64,000 bases of DNA from Pseudomonadota bacterium (GCA_021778015.1 JAJYCX010000001.1:138471-202470); one strand, 5' to 3'; numbered from the stretch's first letter, positions 10,377 through 20,273 are shown. The notes: generated by a model from the sequence alone, not told the origin. Made by a program: numbers and translations.

Positions 10377-10844
10377 TTATTTTGCTTTTACTGTTGCTAA
10401 TACTTCTGCTACATGTCCTTCTACCGTTACTTTACGCCATTCCTTGACCAATTTGCCTTTTTCATCATACAGAAAAGTACTGCGCTCTATACCACGTACG
10501 GGCTTACCGTACATGGTCTTATCTTTAATAACACCAAATGCATCGCATAAAGCTTCATCGCTGTCAGACAATAAAGCAAAAGGGAATTCAAATTGAGTCT
10601 GAAACTTTTCGTGCGATTTAATTGAATCGCGCGACACCCCTAAGATAACCGTGTTTTCTTTTTCAAATTTTTTATAGGCATCGCGAAAATCTTCGCCCTC
10701 ACACGTACAACCCGGCGTATTGTCCTTAGGGTAAAAATAGATAACCACGTTTTTACCTTTTAACTCGGCAAAATCAAATTCGCCTACGAACTCAATAGCC
10801 GTTAATATGGGTTTTAATGCAGTTAATGTTTTATAATCACTCAT
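10377..10844 (-). CDS. bcp: Thiol peroxidase / peroxiredoxin Bcp
   Basis: Start moved to the internal ATG at 10844-10842 (MSDYKTLTALK...), preceded by AAGGAG. The track ORF's 51 extra codons run through an intergenic repeat and into the cysS stop. Peroxidatic Cys context DNTPGCTCEG. Confidence 0.85.
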   Translation of the reverse strand: MSDYKTLTALKPILTAIEFVGEFDFAELKGKNVVIYFYPKDNTPGCTCEGEDFRDAYKKFEKENTVILGVSRDSIKSHEKFQTQFEFPFALLSDSDEALCDAFGVIKDKTMYGKPVRGIERSTFLYDEKGKLVKEWRKVTVEGHVAEVLATVKAK

Positions 10845-10934
10845 TGTGTACTCCTTGTTTAATATTATTGTAACTACTCGTATCATGTAATAAGAAAAAC
10901 CTATGCCGGATAGATTAGCGCATATTTTCGCTTT

Positions 10935-10959
10935 CCGCTCCCTGACGGTCGCGGCTCGG
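10935..10959. repeat. 25-nt dispersed intergenic repeat unit (REP-like), copy A
   Basis: CCGCTCCCTGACGGTCGCGGCTCGG between the cysS stop and the bcp start. Same unit at 16359, 56201, 56240 (inverted), 60299 and 62659, plus a partial copy at 56871. Confidence 0.85.
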
Positions 10960-10965
10960 TATACG

Positions 10966-12357
10966 TTATTGATATCGCCACGTCGTAGTATCGCCACTGT
11001 CTTCTATCATAACTCCTTTTTGTGCCAATTGCTGACGGATTTCATCGGCCTTGCCCCAATTTTTCTCTGCACGCGCGACGCCACGCAATGCAATTAAATT
11101 TTCTATTTCGCCTGCATCGATGGCAGAATGAGCATCTTGTTGAAAATAATGTTCAACCGGTTCGGTTAATAAACCCAGTACTGCGGCTAACTTTTTCAGC
11201 ATGTGTGCTAAGGCCGTCGCGTTGTCTAATCCTTCGGCCTTGCTGCGATTTAATTCACGCGCCAAATCAAATAACACCGACAAAGCTACTGGCGTATTAA
11301 AATCGTCGTCCATGGCTTCAATAAAACGCGTTTCATAAGTCTTAGCCAATTCATTTTTTGTTATTTCTGTAGGCAGTTCAATGCCACGTAAAGCACCATA
11401 CAAGCGATCTAATGCGCTTTGCGCGCCCTCTAGCGCTTCCAATGAATAATCCACTGGGCTGCGATAATGGCTGGATAAAAGGAAATAACGAACCACTTCA
11501 TGCTTCCATTCACGCAATACATCGCGTATGGTAAAGAAGTTATTTAAAGATTTAGACATCTTTTCTTTATTGATTTCAACAAAGCCTACATGCATCCAAT
11601 AATTTACAAAGGGCTTGTCGCATGCACCTTCGGCCTGTGCTATTTCGTTTTCATGATGTGGAAACTTTAAATCGTTGCCACCACCGTGAATGTCGAAGGG
11701 TTGCCCTAGTTCTAAACTGGACATCACCACACATTCCGTATGCCAACCTGGACGGCCATTGCCCCAGGGCGAAGGCCAATATGGCTCATTTTCTTTGGAT
11801 AATTTCCACAATACAAAATCTAGAGGCGTTTTCTTAGCCTCTTCGATGGCTATACGCGCCCCAGATTCTAATGCTTCTAAATCTTTATGTGCTAATTTGC
11901 CATAATCTTTAAATTGCATCACATCAAAATAAACATCGCCCGTACTGCCAACATAGGCTAAACCCTTGTCAATGAGCGTTTCTATTAAACTTATCATCTG
12001 AGGAACATAATCCGTCGCTTTAGGCTCAACATCGGGCGCTAAAGTTCCTAGCGCTTCCATATCTTCCGTTAAAGCACTGATAAAACGTGCCGTTAAAGAT
12101 TGCATGGATTCTTTGTTTTCAAAAGCTCTTTTAATAATTTTGTCGTCTATGTCGGTGATGTTACGCACATACTTGACTTTATAGCCGCAATAACGCAAAT
12201 AACGGTTGACCACATCAAAAGCCACCATGGCTCTGGCATGACCTATATGACAATAATCATAGACAGTGATGCCGCACACATACATACTGACTTCATTAGC
12301 CCGTATGGGTTTAAAAATTTCTTTTTGTTTGCTTTTACTATTATAGATGCTTAGCAT
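10966..12357 (-). CDS. cysS: Cysteine--tRNA ligase
   Basis: 463 aa. CGITVYDYCHIGHA (HIGH) and KMSKS motifs. Starts 2 nt after the gltX stop. Confidence 0.95.
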   Translation of the reverse strand: MLSIYNSKSKQKEIFKPIRANEVSMYVCGITVYDYCHIGHARAMVAFDVVNRYLRYCGYKVKYVRNITDIDDKIIKRAFENKESMQSLTARFISALTEDMEALGTLAPDVEPKATDYVPQMISLIETLIDKGLAYVGSTGDVYFDVMQFKDYGKLAHKDLEALESGARIAIEEAKKTPLDFVLWKLSKENEPYWPSPWGNGRPGWHTECVVMSSLELGQPFDIHGGGNDLKFPHHENEIAQAEGACDKPFVNYWMHVGFVEINKEKMSKSLNNFFTIRDVLREWKHEVVRYFLLSSHYRSPVDYSLEALEGAQSALDRLYGALRGIELPTEITKNELAKTYETRFIEAMDDDFNTPVALSVLFDLARELNRSKAEGLDNATALAHMLKKLAAVLGLLTEPVEHYFQQDAHSAIDAGEIENLIALRGVARAEKNWGKADEIRQQLAQKGVMIEDSGDTTTWRYQ

Positions 12358-12359
12358 AA

Positions 12360-13787
12360 TTAATTCTCTGCGTTAAATAAGGTAGTAGCAGCCGCAAAAC
12401 GGTGTTGCACTTGGTCACTGCCCATCAGCTGCAATATATCCTCTAATTGTGGTCCATGTAAGGAGGCCGTTAATGCCACACGTAAGGGTTGAAATAAAGC
12501 GCGGCCCTTAGCATTGCAGGTTTGTTTCAACTGCTGTTGCAAATAAGCGTAATCTACGCCTTTTTCCTTGACTGCTTCGCTGGCCGTGGTGAAAAAGCTT
12601 TTGCCCGCTTGTATGAGCACATCATGCAATGCAGGCTCCAATGAAAGTGTATCTGCATATAAACGCGTGGCCCACTCGTCAAACTCATTAGGAAAAACAA
12701 TATTGGGTTGTATGGTCTTTAAAAACAATTCTTGTTTGGCCTCGGGTATTAAATTAAATTGTGAGCTATGCTCGCCAATCCATAATCTGAATGCAGAGGG
12801 TGATAATTGCATCACCGCTTCTTTTTGCCAATGCAATAATTGTTGTTCATCAAAATGCGCTGCTGATCGACTCAAATGGCTAAAATCAAAATTGCCTGCC
12901 AATTGCGCTAAACTCATAAACTGTTCATCGCCGTAGTAATGCCCCAAACGCGCTAAATAATTGTTGATGGCTAAGGGTAAATAGCCTTCTTTACGTAATG
13001 TTTGTATATTACGGCTGCCATTGCGTTTAGACAAAGGGGTATGGTCTGCGCCCATGATCAAGGAAATATGGCAATATTGCGGTACTCTTAAACCCAGTGC
13101 TTGCAAAATCAATATTTGTCGCGGCGTGTTGGTTAAGTGATCTTCACCACGGACTACATGGGTTACACCCATCATAGCATCGTCTATCGCGTTGCAATAC
13201 ATGAAAGGTGCGGTACCATCGGCGCGACGTATGATAAAGTCGCCTATATCATCCGTTAAAAAGCGTTGTGGTCCCTTGGCTAAATCCGTAAATTCTACTG
13301 CTTCGCCATCTGGCATTCTAAAACGCAATGCAGGTTTTTTACCCGCAGCAATTCTAGCTTTGATATCTTCAGCAGATAAATGTCTGCAAGTACCTGCATA
13401 ACGCGGTGGTAGACCTTGAGAACGTTGCACCTTACGCATTGCTTCTAAATCTTCGTCGCTGCAAAAGCAGGGATAAGCATTTAACCCTAAGCGTTGATAA
13501 TCGGTATCGTAAATGGCTTGGCGTTCTGATTGCCAGTAGGGACCGTTGTTGCCACCGACTTCAGGGCCTTCTTGCCACTCTAATCCTAACCAATGCAGAT
13601 CGGCCATCAATGCTTCGGTATATTCGCTTTTAGAACGCTCTTTATCGGTATCTTCAATACGCAATAAAAATGTCCCTTGCAGTTTTTGTGCCAATAAGGC
13701 GTTGAACAACGCCGTACGTACATTACCGAAGTGAATCAATCCAGTGGGACTGGGGCAAAAACGGAACTTTAGGGGCAATGTTTGCAT
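12360..13787 (-). CDS. gltX: Glutamate--tRNA ligase
   Basis: 475 aa. RFCPSPTGLIHFGNVRTALFN (HIGH-type) and PLSKRNG (KMSKS-type). Full-length with anticodon-binding domain, so not the short GluQ-RS. Confidence 0.9.
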   Translation of the reverse strand: MQTLPLKFRFCPSPTGLIHFGNVRTALFNALLAQKLQGTFLLRIEDTDKERSKSEYTEALMADLHWLGLEWQEGPEVGGNNGPYWQSERQAIYDTDYQRLGLNAYPCFCSDEDLEAMRKVQRSQGLPPRYAGTCRHLSAEDIKARIAAGKKPALRFRMPDGEAVEFTDLAKGPQRFLTDDIGDFIIRRADGTAPFMYCNAIDDAMMGVTHVVRGEDHLTNTPRQILILQALGLRVPQYCHISLIMGADHTPLSKRNGSRNIQTLRKEGYLPLAINNYLARLGHYYGDEQFMSLAQLAGNFDFSHLSRSAAHFDEQQLLHWQKEAVMQLSPSAFRLWIGEHSSQFNLIPEAKQELFLKTIQPNIVFPNEFDEWATRLYADTLSLEPALHDVLIQAGKSFFTTASEAVKEKGVDYAYLQQQLKQTCNAKGRALFQPLRVALTASLHGPQLEDILQLMGSDQVQHRFAAATTLFNAEN

Positions 13788-13822
13788 AACATACTCTTAT
13801 ACTTTAGAATGCTTTAATTATT

Positions 13823-13961
13823 GACGTATACTCACAGCAGTTGGTTTTTAGGGTAGGCGCCTAGCCCTCGAGCACAAGGAGTGTATGTATTCATACATGA
13901 CTTGTGTGAGATGGGCGAAGGCAACACCCCCTAAAAATCAAATGCGAAGAGTATATTATAC
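13823..13961. repeat. ~139-bp imperfect palindrome in the divergent gltX/lpxH intergenic region
   Basis: Centre is ATGTAT-TC-ATACAT at 13885-13898. Arms share TATACTC, GTTTTTAGGG/CCCTAAAAA and CACAAG/CTTGTG blocks in mirror order. Confidence 0.7.
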
Positions 13962-13983
13962 TTGAGATTGCAGCGAATACAAC

Positions 13984-14697
13984 ATGTCTATACTCGTCAT
14001 TTCTGACCTACACTTAAACCCAGCGGAGCCAGAAGGCTTGGCCGCTTTAACTGCATTGAGGCAAAAATGGGCCGAGAATTGTTCCGACTTATACATTTTA
14101 GGGGACTTTTTTGAAGCTTGGGTGGGTGATGACGACAATAATGCTTTTGTAGAAGCCACCGTTGCCGAGCTACAGGCCTGGCATCAACTGGGTATAAAGC
14201 TTTATTTTATGCCGGGAAACCGTGATTTTCTATTGGGTAAAGACTTCGCCAAGCGCGTGGACTGGACTCTGCTTTCTGACCCCCATATCGTTGATTTTTA
14301 TGGTATTCCGGTGTTGTTAAGTCACGGGGATTTATTGTGTACAGGCGACTTGGCCTATCAACGTTGGCGTCATTATGCCAATAGTCACTGGCTACAACGC
14401 TTATTTTTAGCTCTGCCTTTATGGCTGCGTCGTAAAATGGCACGAAAAGCCCGCCAGAAAAGTAAAAATTATGTACAAACCATAGATTCTGTGAAAATGG
14501 ATATCGTCACCGATGCTGCTCTCGCGGCTATGAAACAAGCCCATAGCACTGTACTAATCCATGGGCATACACATAGGCCGGGTTATCATATTTGCTATCG
14601 AGATCACCGCGCCTTTACCCGCGTCACCCTCAGTGACTGGCATGATGGGGCTCATGTATTGGTATGGGAGAAGGATGTAGGCTGTCGTTTGGTTTAA
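13984..14697 (+). CDS. lpxH: UDP-2,3-diacylglucosamine diphosphatase
   Basis: 237 aa. Calcineurin-like metallophosphoesterase motifs ISDLHL, GDFFEAWVGDD, PGNRDF, SHGD, GHTHRP. Confidence 0.9.
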   Translation: MSILVISDLHLNPAEPEGLAALTALRQKWAENCSDLYILGDFFEAWVGDDDNNAFVEATVAELQAWHQLGIKLYFMPGNRDFLLGKDFAKRVDWTLLSDPHIVDFYGIPVLLSHGDLLCTGDLAYQRWRHYANSHWLQRLFLALPLWLRRKMARKARQKSKNYVQTIDSVKMDIVTDAALAAMKQAHSTVLIHGHTHRPGYHICYRDHRAFTRVTLSDWHDGAHVLVWEKDVGCRLV

Positions 14698-14744
14698 GGT
14701 TGCACTTTTGTCAATATCATAAAAAAGGTCGGGAATCCAGCACA

Positions 14745-14840
14745 TTGTCATCCTCGGCCGAAGGCCGGGGATCCAGTTTCAAATCAAGTTTTCCCTGGAT
14801 CCCCGACTGCGGCCTCGCGGCCTGGTCGAGGATGACAACG
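14745..14840. repeat. ~95-bp MITE-like palindromic element, copy 1
   Basis: Terminal inverted repeats TTGTCATCCTCG / CGAGGATGACAA and internal GGGGATCCAG / CTGGATCCCC arms. Lies between convergent lpxH and purF. Homologous copies at 21955-22047 (inverted) and 60369-60474. Confidence 0.85.
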
Positions 14841-14875
14841 TTTTAGAAAGAATAAACATTAATGAAACCGACTCG

Positions 14876-16327
14876 CTACCCTCTCGCATGCGCTAGTGCC
14901 TCTAAATACTCGGCATCGATATCGCCGGTAATATAATCGCCGCTAAATACGGAATCTTCAAAACGGGTAATAGCAGGATTACCTTCACGCGCTGCGGCAA
15001 TTAAATCTTTGAGATCTTGGAAAATCAAACCGTCCGCTCCGAGCAAAGTTTTGATTTCCTCTACACTGCGACCATGAGCAATTAGATCGCTCGCTCGCGG
15101 CATATCGATACCATACACATTAGGTGCAACGACTTCCGGCGCTGCAGAAGCAAAATAAACTTTTTTGGCCCCGGCCGCACGTGCCAGCTCGATAATTTCC
15201 TTCGAGGTCGTGCCACGCACAATAGAATCATCGACCAATAATACATTCTTACCCTGAAATTCCAAATCGATAGCATTTAATTTACGTTGCACCGACTTAC
15301 GGCGTATTGCCTGACCGGGCATAATAAAGGTACGGCCTATGTAATGGTTTTTAACCAAACCTTCGCGGTATTTTAACCCCAAACGCAAGGACATAGCATA
15401 CGCTGCTGTACGGCTGGTTTCAGGTACGGGCATAACCACATCGATATCGTGATTAGGCCATACGCGCAATAACTTTTCAGCTAGATATTCACCTAACTTC
15501 AAACGAACCTTATACACCAATATCTTAGACATGATGGAATCGGGTCGTGATAAATAAACAAATTCAAATAAACACGGTGATAGTTGCGGGTGCTTGGCGC
15601 ATTGTTGCCGCTGCATCTGCCCATCTACACTGATAAAAACAGCTTCACCTGGAGCTACATCGTCTAATAGTTGAAAACCTAGGCTATCTAAAGCCACGGT
15701 TTCAGAGGCAAAAAGATAATCGGGCGTAGCATTATCATTTTGTCTTACACCCAAGGACAAAGGCCTGATGCCATAAGGATCGCGAAAGGCTAATAACCCA
15801 TACCCAGCAATCAGCACGATGACCGCATAGGCGCCTTTGCATCTAGGATGCAGTTGACGCACGGCCTGAAATAGTTTTTCGGGTGTTAACTCGCCTACGG
15901 CCACACGTTGCAATTCTTCCGCAAAGACATTCAGTAATACTTCTGAATCTGAGCGGGTATTTAAATGTCTAAAGCCTTTTTGCCATAATTCTTTTTGCAA
16001 GCTAGCGGCATTGGTTAAGTTGCCATTGTGTACTAAGCACAAGCCATAGGGAGAATTGACATACAGCGGTTGTGCTTCGGCCGCAGAATCAGTGCCCGCA
16101 GTAGGATAACGCACATGCCCTAAACCATAATGACCGCGCAAACGCAGTATATCTTGAGCATGCACCACATCGCGCACAAAACCCTTACCTTTTTGTAGGT
16201 GTAATTGCCGGTCTTCACAAGTAACCATGCCCGCTGCATCCTGACCTCTGTGCTGTAATAGCGTTAAGGCATCATACAACTCAGCGCTAACATTTTGTTT
16301 AGAAACTAAACCGACTATACCACACAC
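14876..16327 (-). CDS. purF: Amidophosphoribosyltransferase
   Basis: 483 aa. MCGIVG Ntn-Cys start and PRPP loop VLLVDDSIVRGTT. Confidence 0.95.
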   Translation of the reverse strand: MCGIVGLVSKQNVSAELYDALTLLQHRGQDAAGMVTCEDRQLHLQKGKGFVRDVVHAQDILRLRGHYGLGHVRYPTAGTDSAAEAQPLYVNSPYGLCLVHNGNLTNAASLQKELWQKGFRHLNTRSDSEVLLNVFAEELQRVAVGELTPEKLFQAVRQLHPRCKGAYAVIVLIAGYGLLAFRDPYGIRPLSLGVRQNDNATPDYLFASETVALDSLGFQLLDDVAPGEAVFISVDGQMQRQQCAKHPQLSPCLFEFVYLSRPDSIMSKILVYKVRLKLGEYLAEKLLRVWPNHDIDVVMPVPETSRTAAYAMSLRLGLKYREGLVKNHYIGRTFIMPGQAIRRKSVQRKLNAIDLEFQGKNVLLVDDSIVRGTTSKEIIELARAAGAKKVYFASAAPEVVAPNVYGIDMPRASDLIAHGRSVEEIKTLLGADGLIFQDLKDLIAAAREGNPAITRFEDSVFSGDYITGDIDAEYLEALAHARG

Positions 16328-16358
16328 ATTTCACTCTCTTTTGTTAGTTAATTTTTCT

Positions 16359-16383
16359 CCGCTTCCTGACGGTCGCGGCTCGG
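16359..16383. repeat. 25-nt REP-like unit, copy B
   Basis: CCGCTTCCTGACGGTCGCGGCTCGG between the cvpA stop and the purF start. Confidence 0.8.
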
Positions 16384-16394
16384 ATCCATTCATT

Positions 16395-16943
16395 TTAAGT
16401 TGTTTTTTTCAATTCCGATGCCGTATCGGCCGCATCAGTATTGCTACTGGCATCGGTAACAGAAGTATAATTACTGCGATATTGATCCAACCAAGCAAAA
16501 CTCTCTTGCAGATATTTAACCATGCCCGAATCCTGCCACCATGGTTTTTCTTTTAAGGAAGTATTCGAAATACCCCATACCACCAAGGCTACGACTACAA
16601 AACCACGCAGAATACCGAATAAAAATCCTACGAATTTATCTAGGTAAGTGGATTCAGATTTCTTCATAAAATGTAAAATAATTTTTTTGAGCACCGTACC
16701 TATCAATAAGGTTGCCAGAATAATGCTGATCACCGCCGCCCACAACCTAGCGCTGGTATTGGGAATAATGTCTACAAAATAAAATTCAACCTTGGATGAA
16801 TATTCAAAAGCTAACCACAGCGCTGCTAACACTATGAGTAAAGACAAGGATTCATGTACAAAGCCACGCATAAAACCAATCAAACTAGACGCAACCACTA
16901 TGGCAATTAAGATATAATCTAATGTCGTTAATGTAATAGTCAT
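16395..16943 (-). CDS. cvpA: Colicin V production membrane protein CvpA
   Basis: 182 aa, four predicted TM helices. Conserved position between folC and purF; 4-nt overlap with folC. Confidence 0.8.
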   Translation of the reverse strand: MTITLTTLDYILIAIVVASSLIGFMRGFVHESLSLLIVLAALWLAFEYSSKVEFYFVDIIPNTSARLWAAVISIILATLLIGTVLKKIILHFMKKSESTYLDKFVGFLFGILRGFVVVALVVWGISNTSLKEKPWWQDSGMVKYLQESFAWLDQYRSNYTSVTDASSNTDAADTASELKKTT

Positions 16944-18202
16944 GCTATTTCTCTCCCATTTTCCATTTTCATCACTGCCGCCACCGTATGAAAAGAGCCA
17001 AAAACCAAGATAGTCTCGTTGGCAGCTGCATTCTCTCGCGCAGCGCTATAAGCAGCATCCATTGTGGCATATTTTTGATACGCTGTAATCCCCAGCTCGT
17101 TAAAATCAGCCACTATGGCCTCTAAAGGGGCGGCTTTTTTATCTTTTAAGGGCGCCAAATACCATTGGGCATCACAATCTTGCCAGGGTAAAAGGCTAGC
17201 CAATCTGTCCTTCGTCGCCAGCATAGAAAAGACTATATGCAAGCGCCCTTGCCAACCCAAGCGGCTAAGTTGCCTATACAACTCTCTACTCGCTTGAGGA
17301 TTATGTGCTACATCGACTATGCACCTAGGTTCAATGCTTACCGTTTGAAAACGCCCGGCTACACGAACCGTGGCTAAACCCTGACGAATGGCTACTGGCG
17401 TAATGGGCAATCTGGGTTCCAGCAAGGCTACGGTTTGCAAGGCCAATGACGCGTTGTGCAACAGTACTGTGGGCTTAGGCAGATCGCCATAATGATGATC
17501 TTGATTACGCCAATGCCAAGTCTTTTCTTCTTCCTGAAAATAAAAATCGCTACCCTGCAAATATAATTGAGCGCCTATGTCATTGGCACTTTCAACTACG
17601 GAACTTACCGCATCCCTATCACCATAAATAGCAGGCTTATCAGCTCGAAAAATCCCCGCTTTCTCGACACCAATTTGCTCGCGGCTATTGCCCAAATAAT
17701 CGGTGTGGTCTATATCGACCGTGGTAACAATAGCCACATCGCTATCGATGATATTGACTGCATCTAAGCGGCCCCCCAGACCCACTTCTAAAATAACCAC
17801 ATCCAATTTATTTTTTTTGAATAGATATAAAGCTGCCAAGGTAGCAAATTCAAAATAGGTTAAGGTAATAGTGTCTCTAGCGGCTTCTACTGCCGCAAAG
17901 GCCTCGCACAAAGCGACATCGCTAACGCTATGGCCATCGATAACAACACGCTCATTGAATTGCAATAAATGCGGTGAGGTATACACCCCGCAACGATAAC
18001 CAGCAGCGCCGTAAATAGCCGCCAGCGTTGCTACCGTGCTGCCTTTGCCATTGGTGCCACCCACCGTAATAACGGGACAATTGAATTTAAGTACGGAAAG
18101 CCGCGCTGCAACTTGTAAAACACGCTCTAAGGACATATCGATTTCAAGTGCATGCTGTTGTTCTATTTCGGTAAGCCATTGCGCCAGCGTTTTATTAGCC
18201 AT
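16940..18202 (-). CDS. folC: Bifunctional folylpolyglutamate synthase / dihydrofolate synthase
   Basis: 420 aa. Mur-ligase P-loop VGGTNGKGST. Lies in the accD-folC context. Confidence 0.9.
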   Translation of the reverse strand: MANKTLAQWLTEIEQQHALEIDMSLERVLQVAARLSVLKFNCPVITVGGTNGKGSTVATLAAIYGAAGYRCGVYTSPHLLQFNERVVIDGHSVSDVALCEAFAAVEAARDTITLTYFEFATLAALYLFKKNKLDVVILEVGLGGRLDAVNIIDSDVAIVTTVDIDHTDYLGNSREQIGVEKAGIFRADKPAIYGDRDAVSSVVESANDIGAQLYLQGSDFYFQEEEKTWHWRNQDHHYGDLPKPTVLLHNASLALQTVALLEPRLPITPVAIRQGLATVRVAGRFQTVSIEPRCIVDVAHNPQASRELYRQLSRLGWQGRLHIVFSMLATKDRLASLLPWQDCDAQWYLAPLKDKKAAPLEAIVADFNELGITAYQKYATMDAAYSAARENAAANETILVFGSFHTVAAVMKMENGREIA

Positions 18203-18206
18203 TTCT

Positions 18207-19064
18207 TTATTGCGCTACTAATAACTTAGCCAGCAACCCGGCAATGCGATCACGCAGTTCACGTCTATCGATGATCAAATCGATATGGCCGTGCTCTAAT
18301 AGAAATTCACTAGTTTGAAAACCTTCAGGCAATACTTCACGCACCGTTTGCTCTATTACCCTAGGGCCTGCAAAGCCGATCAAAGCCTTAGGCTCAGCGA
18401 TGATGATATCGCCCAACATACTTAAACTGGCCGACACCCCACCCATAGTGGGATTCGTCAATACAGAAATGTAGGGTAATTTTTCTTGATGAAAACGTTG
18501 CAATGCAGCACTAGTCTTTGCCATTTGCAGCAAAGAGGTTAAACCTTCTTGCATGCGCGCACCACCGCTGGCGGAAAAGCACACAAAGGGGCATTTTTGT
18601 TGTAAAGCGCGCTCAACACCCCGCACAAATTTCTCGCCCACCACAGCGCCCATAGAGCCGCCTATGAAGGAATATTCAAATACGGCCACTACTATAGGTT
18701 TTTCTTTAAGCTGCCCTTCCATCACCACCAAAGCGTCTTTTTCGCCGGTATTTTTCTGCATATGCACTAAGCGGTCTTTATAGCGTTTGGTGTCTTTAAA
18801 CTTGAGTAGATCGCTGGCATGCAATTCATTGGCCAATTCTTTACCACTATCTGCATCCAGAAATTGACTTAAACGCATACGGGCACTGATGTAAAAGTGA
18901 TGGCCACATTTTGGACATACTTCTATGCTGCGCTCCAATTCCGGTTTATACAGCATACCCTTACATTGTGGGCAATTAACCCACAAACCTTCGGGTACAT
19001 TAGCCCCTTTGCCTTCAGTAGAAGTACGAATCTTAGATGGTAATATTTTGGACAGCCAGCTCAT
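18207..19064 (-). CDS. accD: Acetyl-CoA carboxylase carboxyltransferase beta subunit
   Basis: 285 aa. Zn-ribbon [26 protein letters not shown] followed by the carboxyltransferase domain. Confidence 0.95.
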   Translation of the reverse strand: MSWLSKILPSKIRTSTEGKGANVPEGLWVNCPQCKGMLYKPELERSIEVCPKCGHHFYISARMRLSQFLDADSGKELANELHASDLLKFKDTKRYKDRLVHMQKNTGEKDALVVMEGQLKEKPIVVAVFEYSFIGGSMGAVVGEKFVRGVERALQQKCPFVCFSASGGARMQEGLTSLLQMAKTSAALQRFHQEKLPYISVLTNPTMGGVSASLSMLGDIIIAEPKALIGFAGPRVIEQTVREVLPEGFQTSEFLLEHGHIDLIIDRRELRDRIAGLLAKLLVAQ

Positions 19065-19307
19065 GTTGTTTACCCTTGTGTCATGTTATGCGAAATTCTA
19101 ACACACTATAGGGCCTGTAACCATTGGGTTTTAGGCAATATTTTGAAAATAATTTTTTGTAGTAAACACTATTCTATGCTATAATGCATTCTTAGAATTG
19201 GGTAATAATTATGCATGCGGTTAATATTCGTGCTTTGTGTTAATATGTATCCATTGTATTAAATTCTAGAGTAGCATTTTAAGTACATTAAAAGGAAAGC
19301 ATTATCA

Positions 19308-19544
19308 ATGCCTACTGTATTAAAGATTAAGGGATATCGTTTTTTCTTTTTTAGTTTAGAAGGTAATTAACCGCCCCATATTCATGTTGAAGAAAACGAT
19401 AAAGTTGCTAAATTTTGGTTAGATCCCATCAATTTAGCTAGTTCCTCTGGTTTTAGAAGTCATGACCTTACTAAAATTAGAGAAATGGTTGTGACACATA
19501 GCAAAAATTTTTTGGAGAAATGGCATGAGCACTTTGGCAGTTAA
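19308..19544 (+). pseudogene. DUF4160-family gene interrupted by an in-frame TAA
   Basis: ATG at 19308 reads MPTVLKIKGYRFFFFSLEGN-TAA(19368-19370)[57 protein letters not shown]. The stop sits inside the family-typical G-N-E-P-P-H-I-H motif. The 3' end overlaps the partner gene by 20 nt. Confidence 0.75.
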
Positions 19545-19770
19545 ATTTGATTATCACGTAATAGATGTCAGTTTTACCAAAACTTCATTGCACTTTATAT
19601 TGGCCGATGGCAGAGAAATTTCAGCACCATTGGAATGGTTTCCACGATTACGAGATGCAAGCGAAGCCGATCGTAATAATTGGCGCTTTATAGGCAATGG
19701 CATCGGCGTACATTGGCCTAACGTTGATGAAGACATAGCAGTCAATACATTAATGGGTGGCTACGACTAA
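19525..19770 (+). CDS. DUF2442-family small protein (usual partner of DUF4160)
   Basis: 81 aa. ...[56 protein letters not shown], typical of DUF2442. Confidence 0.7.
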   Translation: MSTLAVKFDYHVIDVSFTKTSLHFILADGREISAPLEWFPRLRDASEADRNNWRFIGNGIGVHWPNVDEDIAVNTLMGGYD

Positions 19771-20245
19771 TATCGTGAGTGAAAATAAAAAACAAAATTC
19801 GACCATAGCTTTAAACAAGAAAGCGCTGCACGAATACCATATTGAAGAGCGTTTCGAAGCGGGTTTGGTGTTAGAAGGTTGGGAGGTCAAGAGTCTACGC
19901 GCGGGTAAAACACAACTCGTCGATAGCTATGTATTGCTCAAAAATGGCGAAGCCTGGCTGATAGGCACGCATATTACGCCTTTAAATACCACCTCAACCC
20001 ACGTCAAAGCCGTGCCCGATCGCACGCGCAAACTACTGATGAAACGCCAAGAATTGAATAAATTGATAGGCTATGTAGAGCGCCAAGGCTATACCCTCAT
20101 TCCCCTGGATCTACACTGGTACAAAAACCGCGTCAAGGTCAACATTGCACTGGCTAAAGGTAAAAAACAACACGACAAACGTGCCAGCGAACGCGACAAA
20201 GATTGGGCGCGCGATAAGGCACGGTTGATGAAGGTGAAGTTGTAG
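19757..20245 (+). CDS. smpB: SsrA-binding protein SmpB
   Basis: 162 aa (GTG start at 19757; GTG at 19775 is also possible). Collinear with E. coli Smp[36 protein letters not shown]...[14 protein letters not shown]...KGKKQHDKR. Confidence 0.93.
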   Translation: MATTNIVSENKKQNSTIALNKKALHEYHIEERFEAGLVLEGWEVKSLRAGKTQLVDSYVLLKNGEAWLIGTHITPLNTTSTHVKAVPDRTRKLLMKRQELNKLIGYVERQGYTLIPLDLHWYKNRVKVNIALAKGKKQHDKRASERDKDWARDKARLMKVKL

Positions 20246-20273
20246 GGTTTTATTTAGGCTAGAAGGAACTATT

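Noticed and set aside
10845-10997. N-terminal extension of the bcp ORF by 51 codons. The same issue affects the first 41 codons of the 35767 ORF and the first 27 codons of the 60271 ORF.
   Set aside because: The extensions run through an intergenic repeat and the cysS stop, through the divergent giant gene, or lack a signal peptide. In each case an internal ATG with a good RBS or signal peptide gives the family-typical N-terminus.
19221-19248. Two TTAATAT half-sites (TTAATATTCGTGCTTTGTGTTAATATG) upstream of the DUF4160 pseudogene, considered as a second PmrA box.
   Set aside because: The half-sites are separated by 11 nt instead of 2. That does not fit the tandem consensus, and such matches are plausible by chance in AT-rich promoter DNA.
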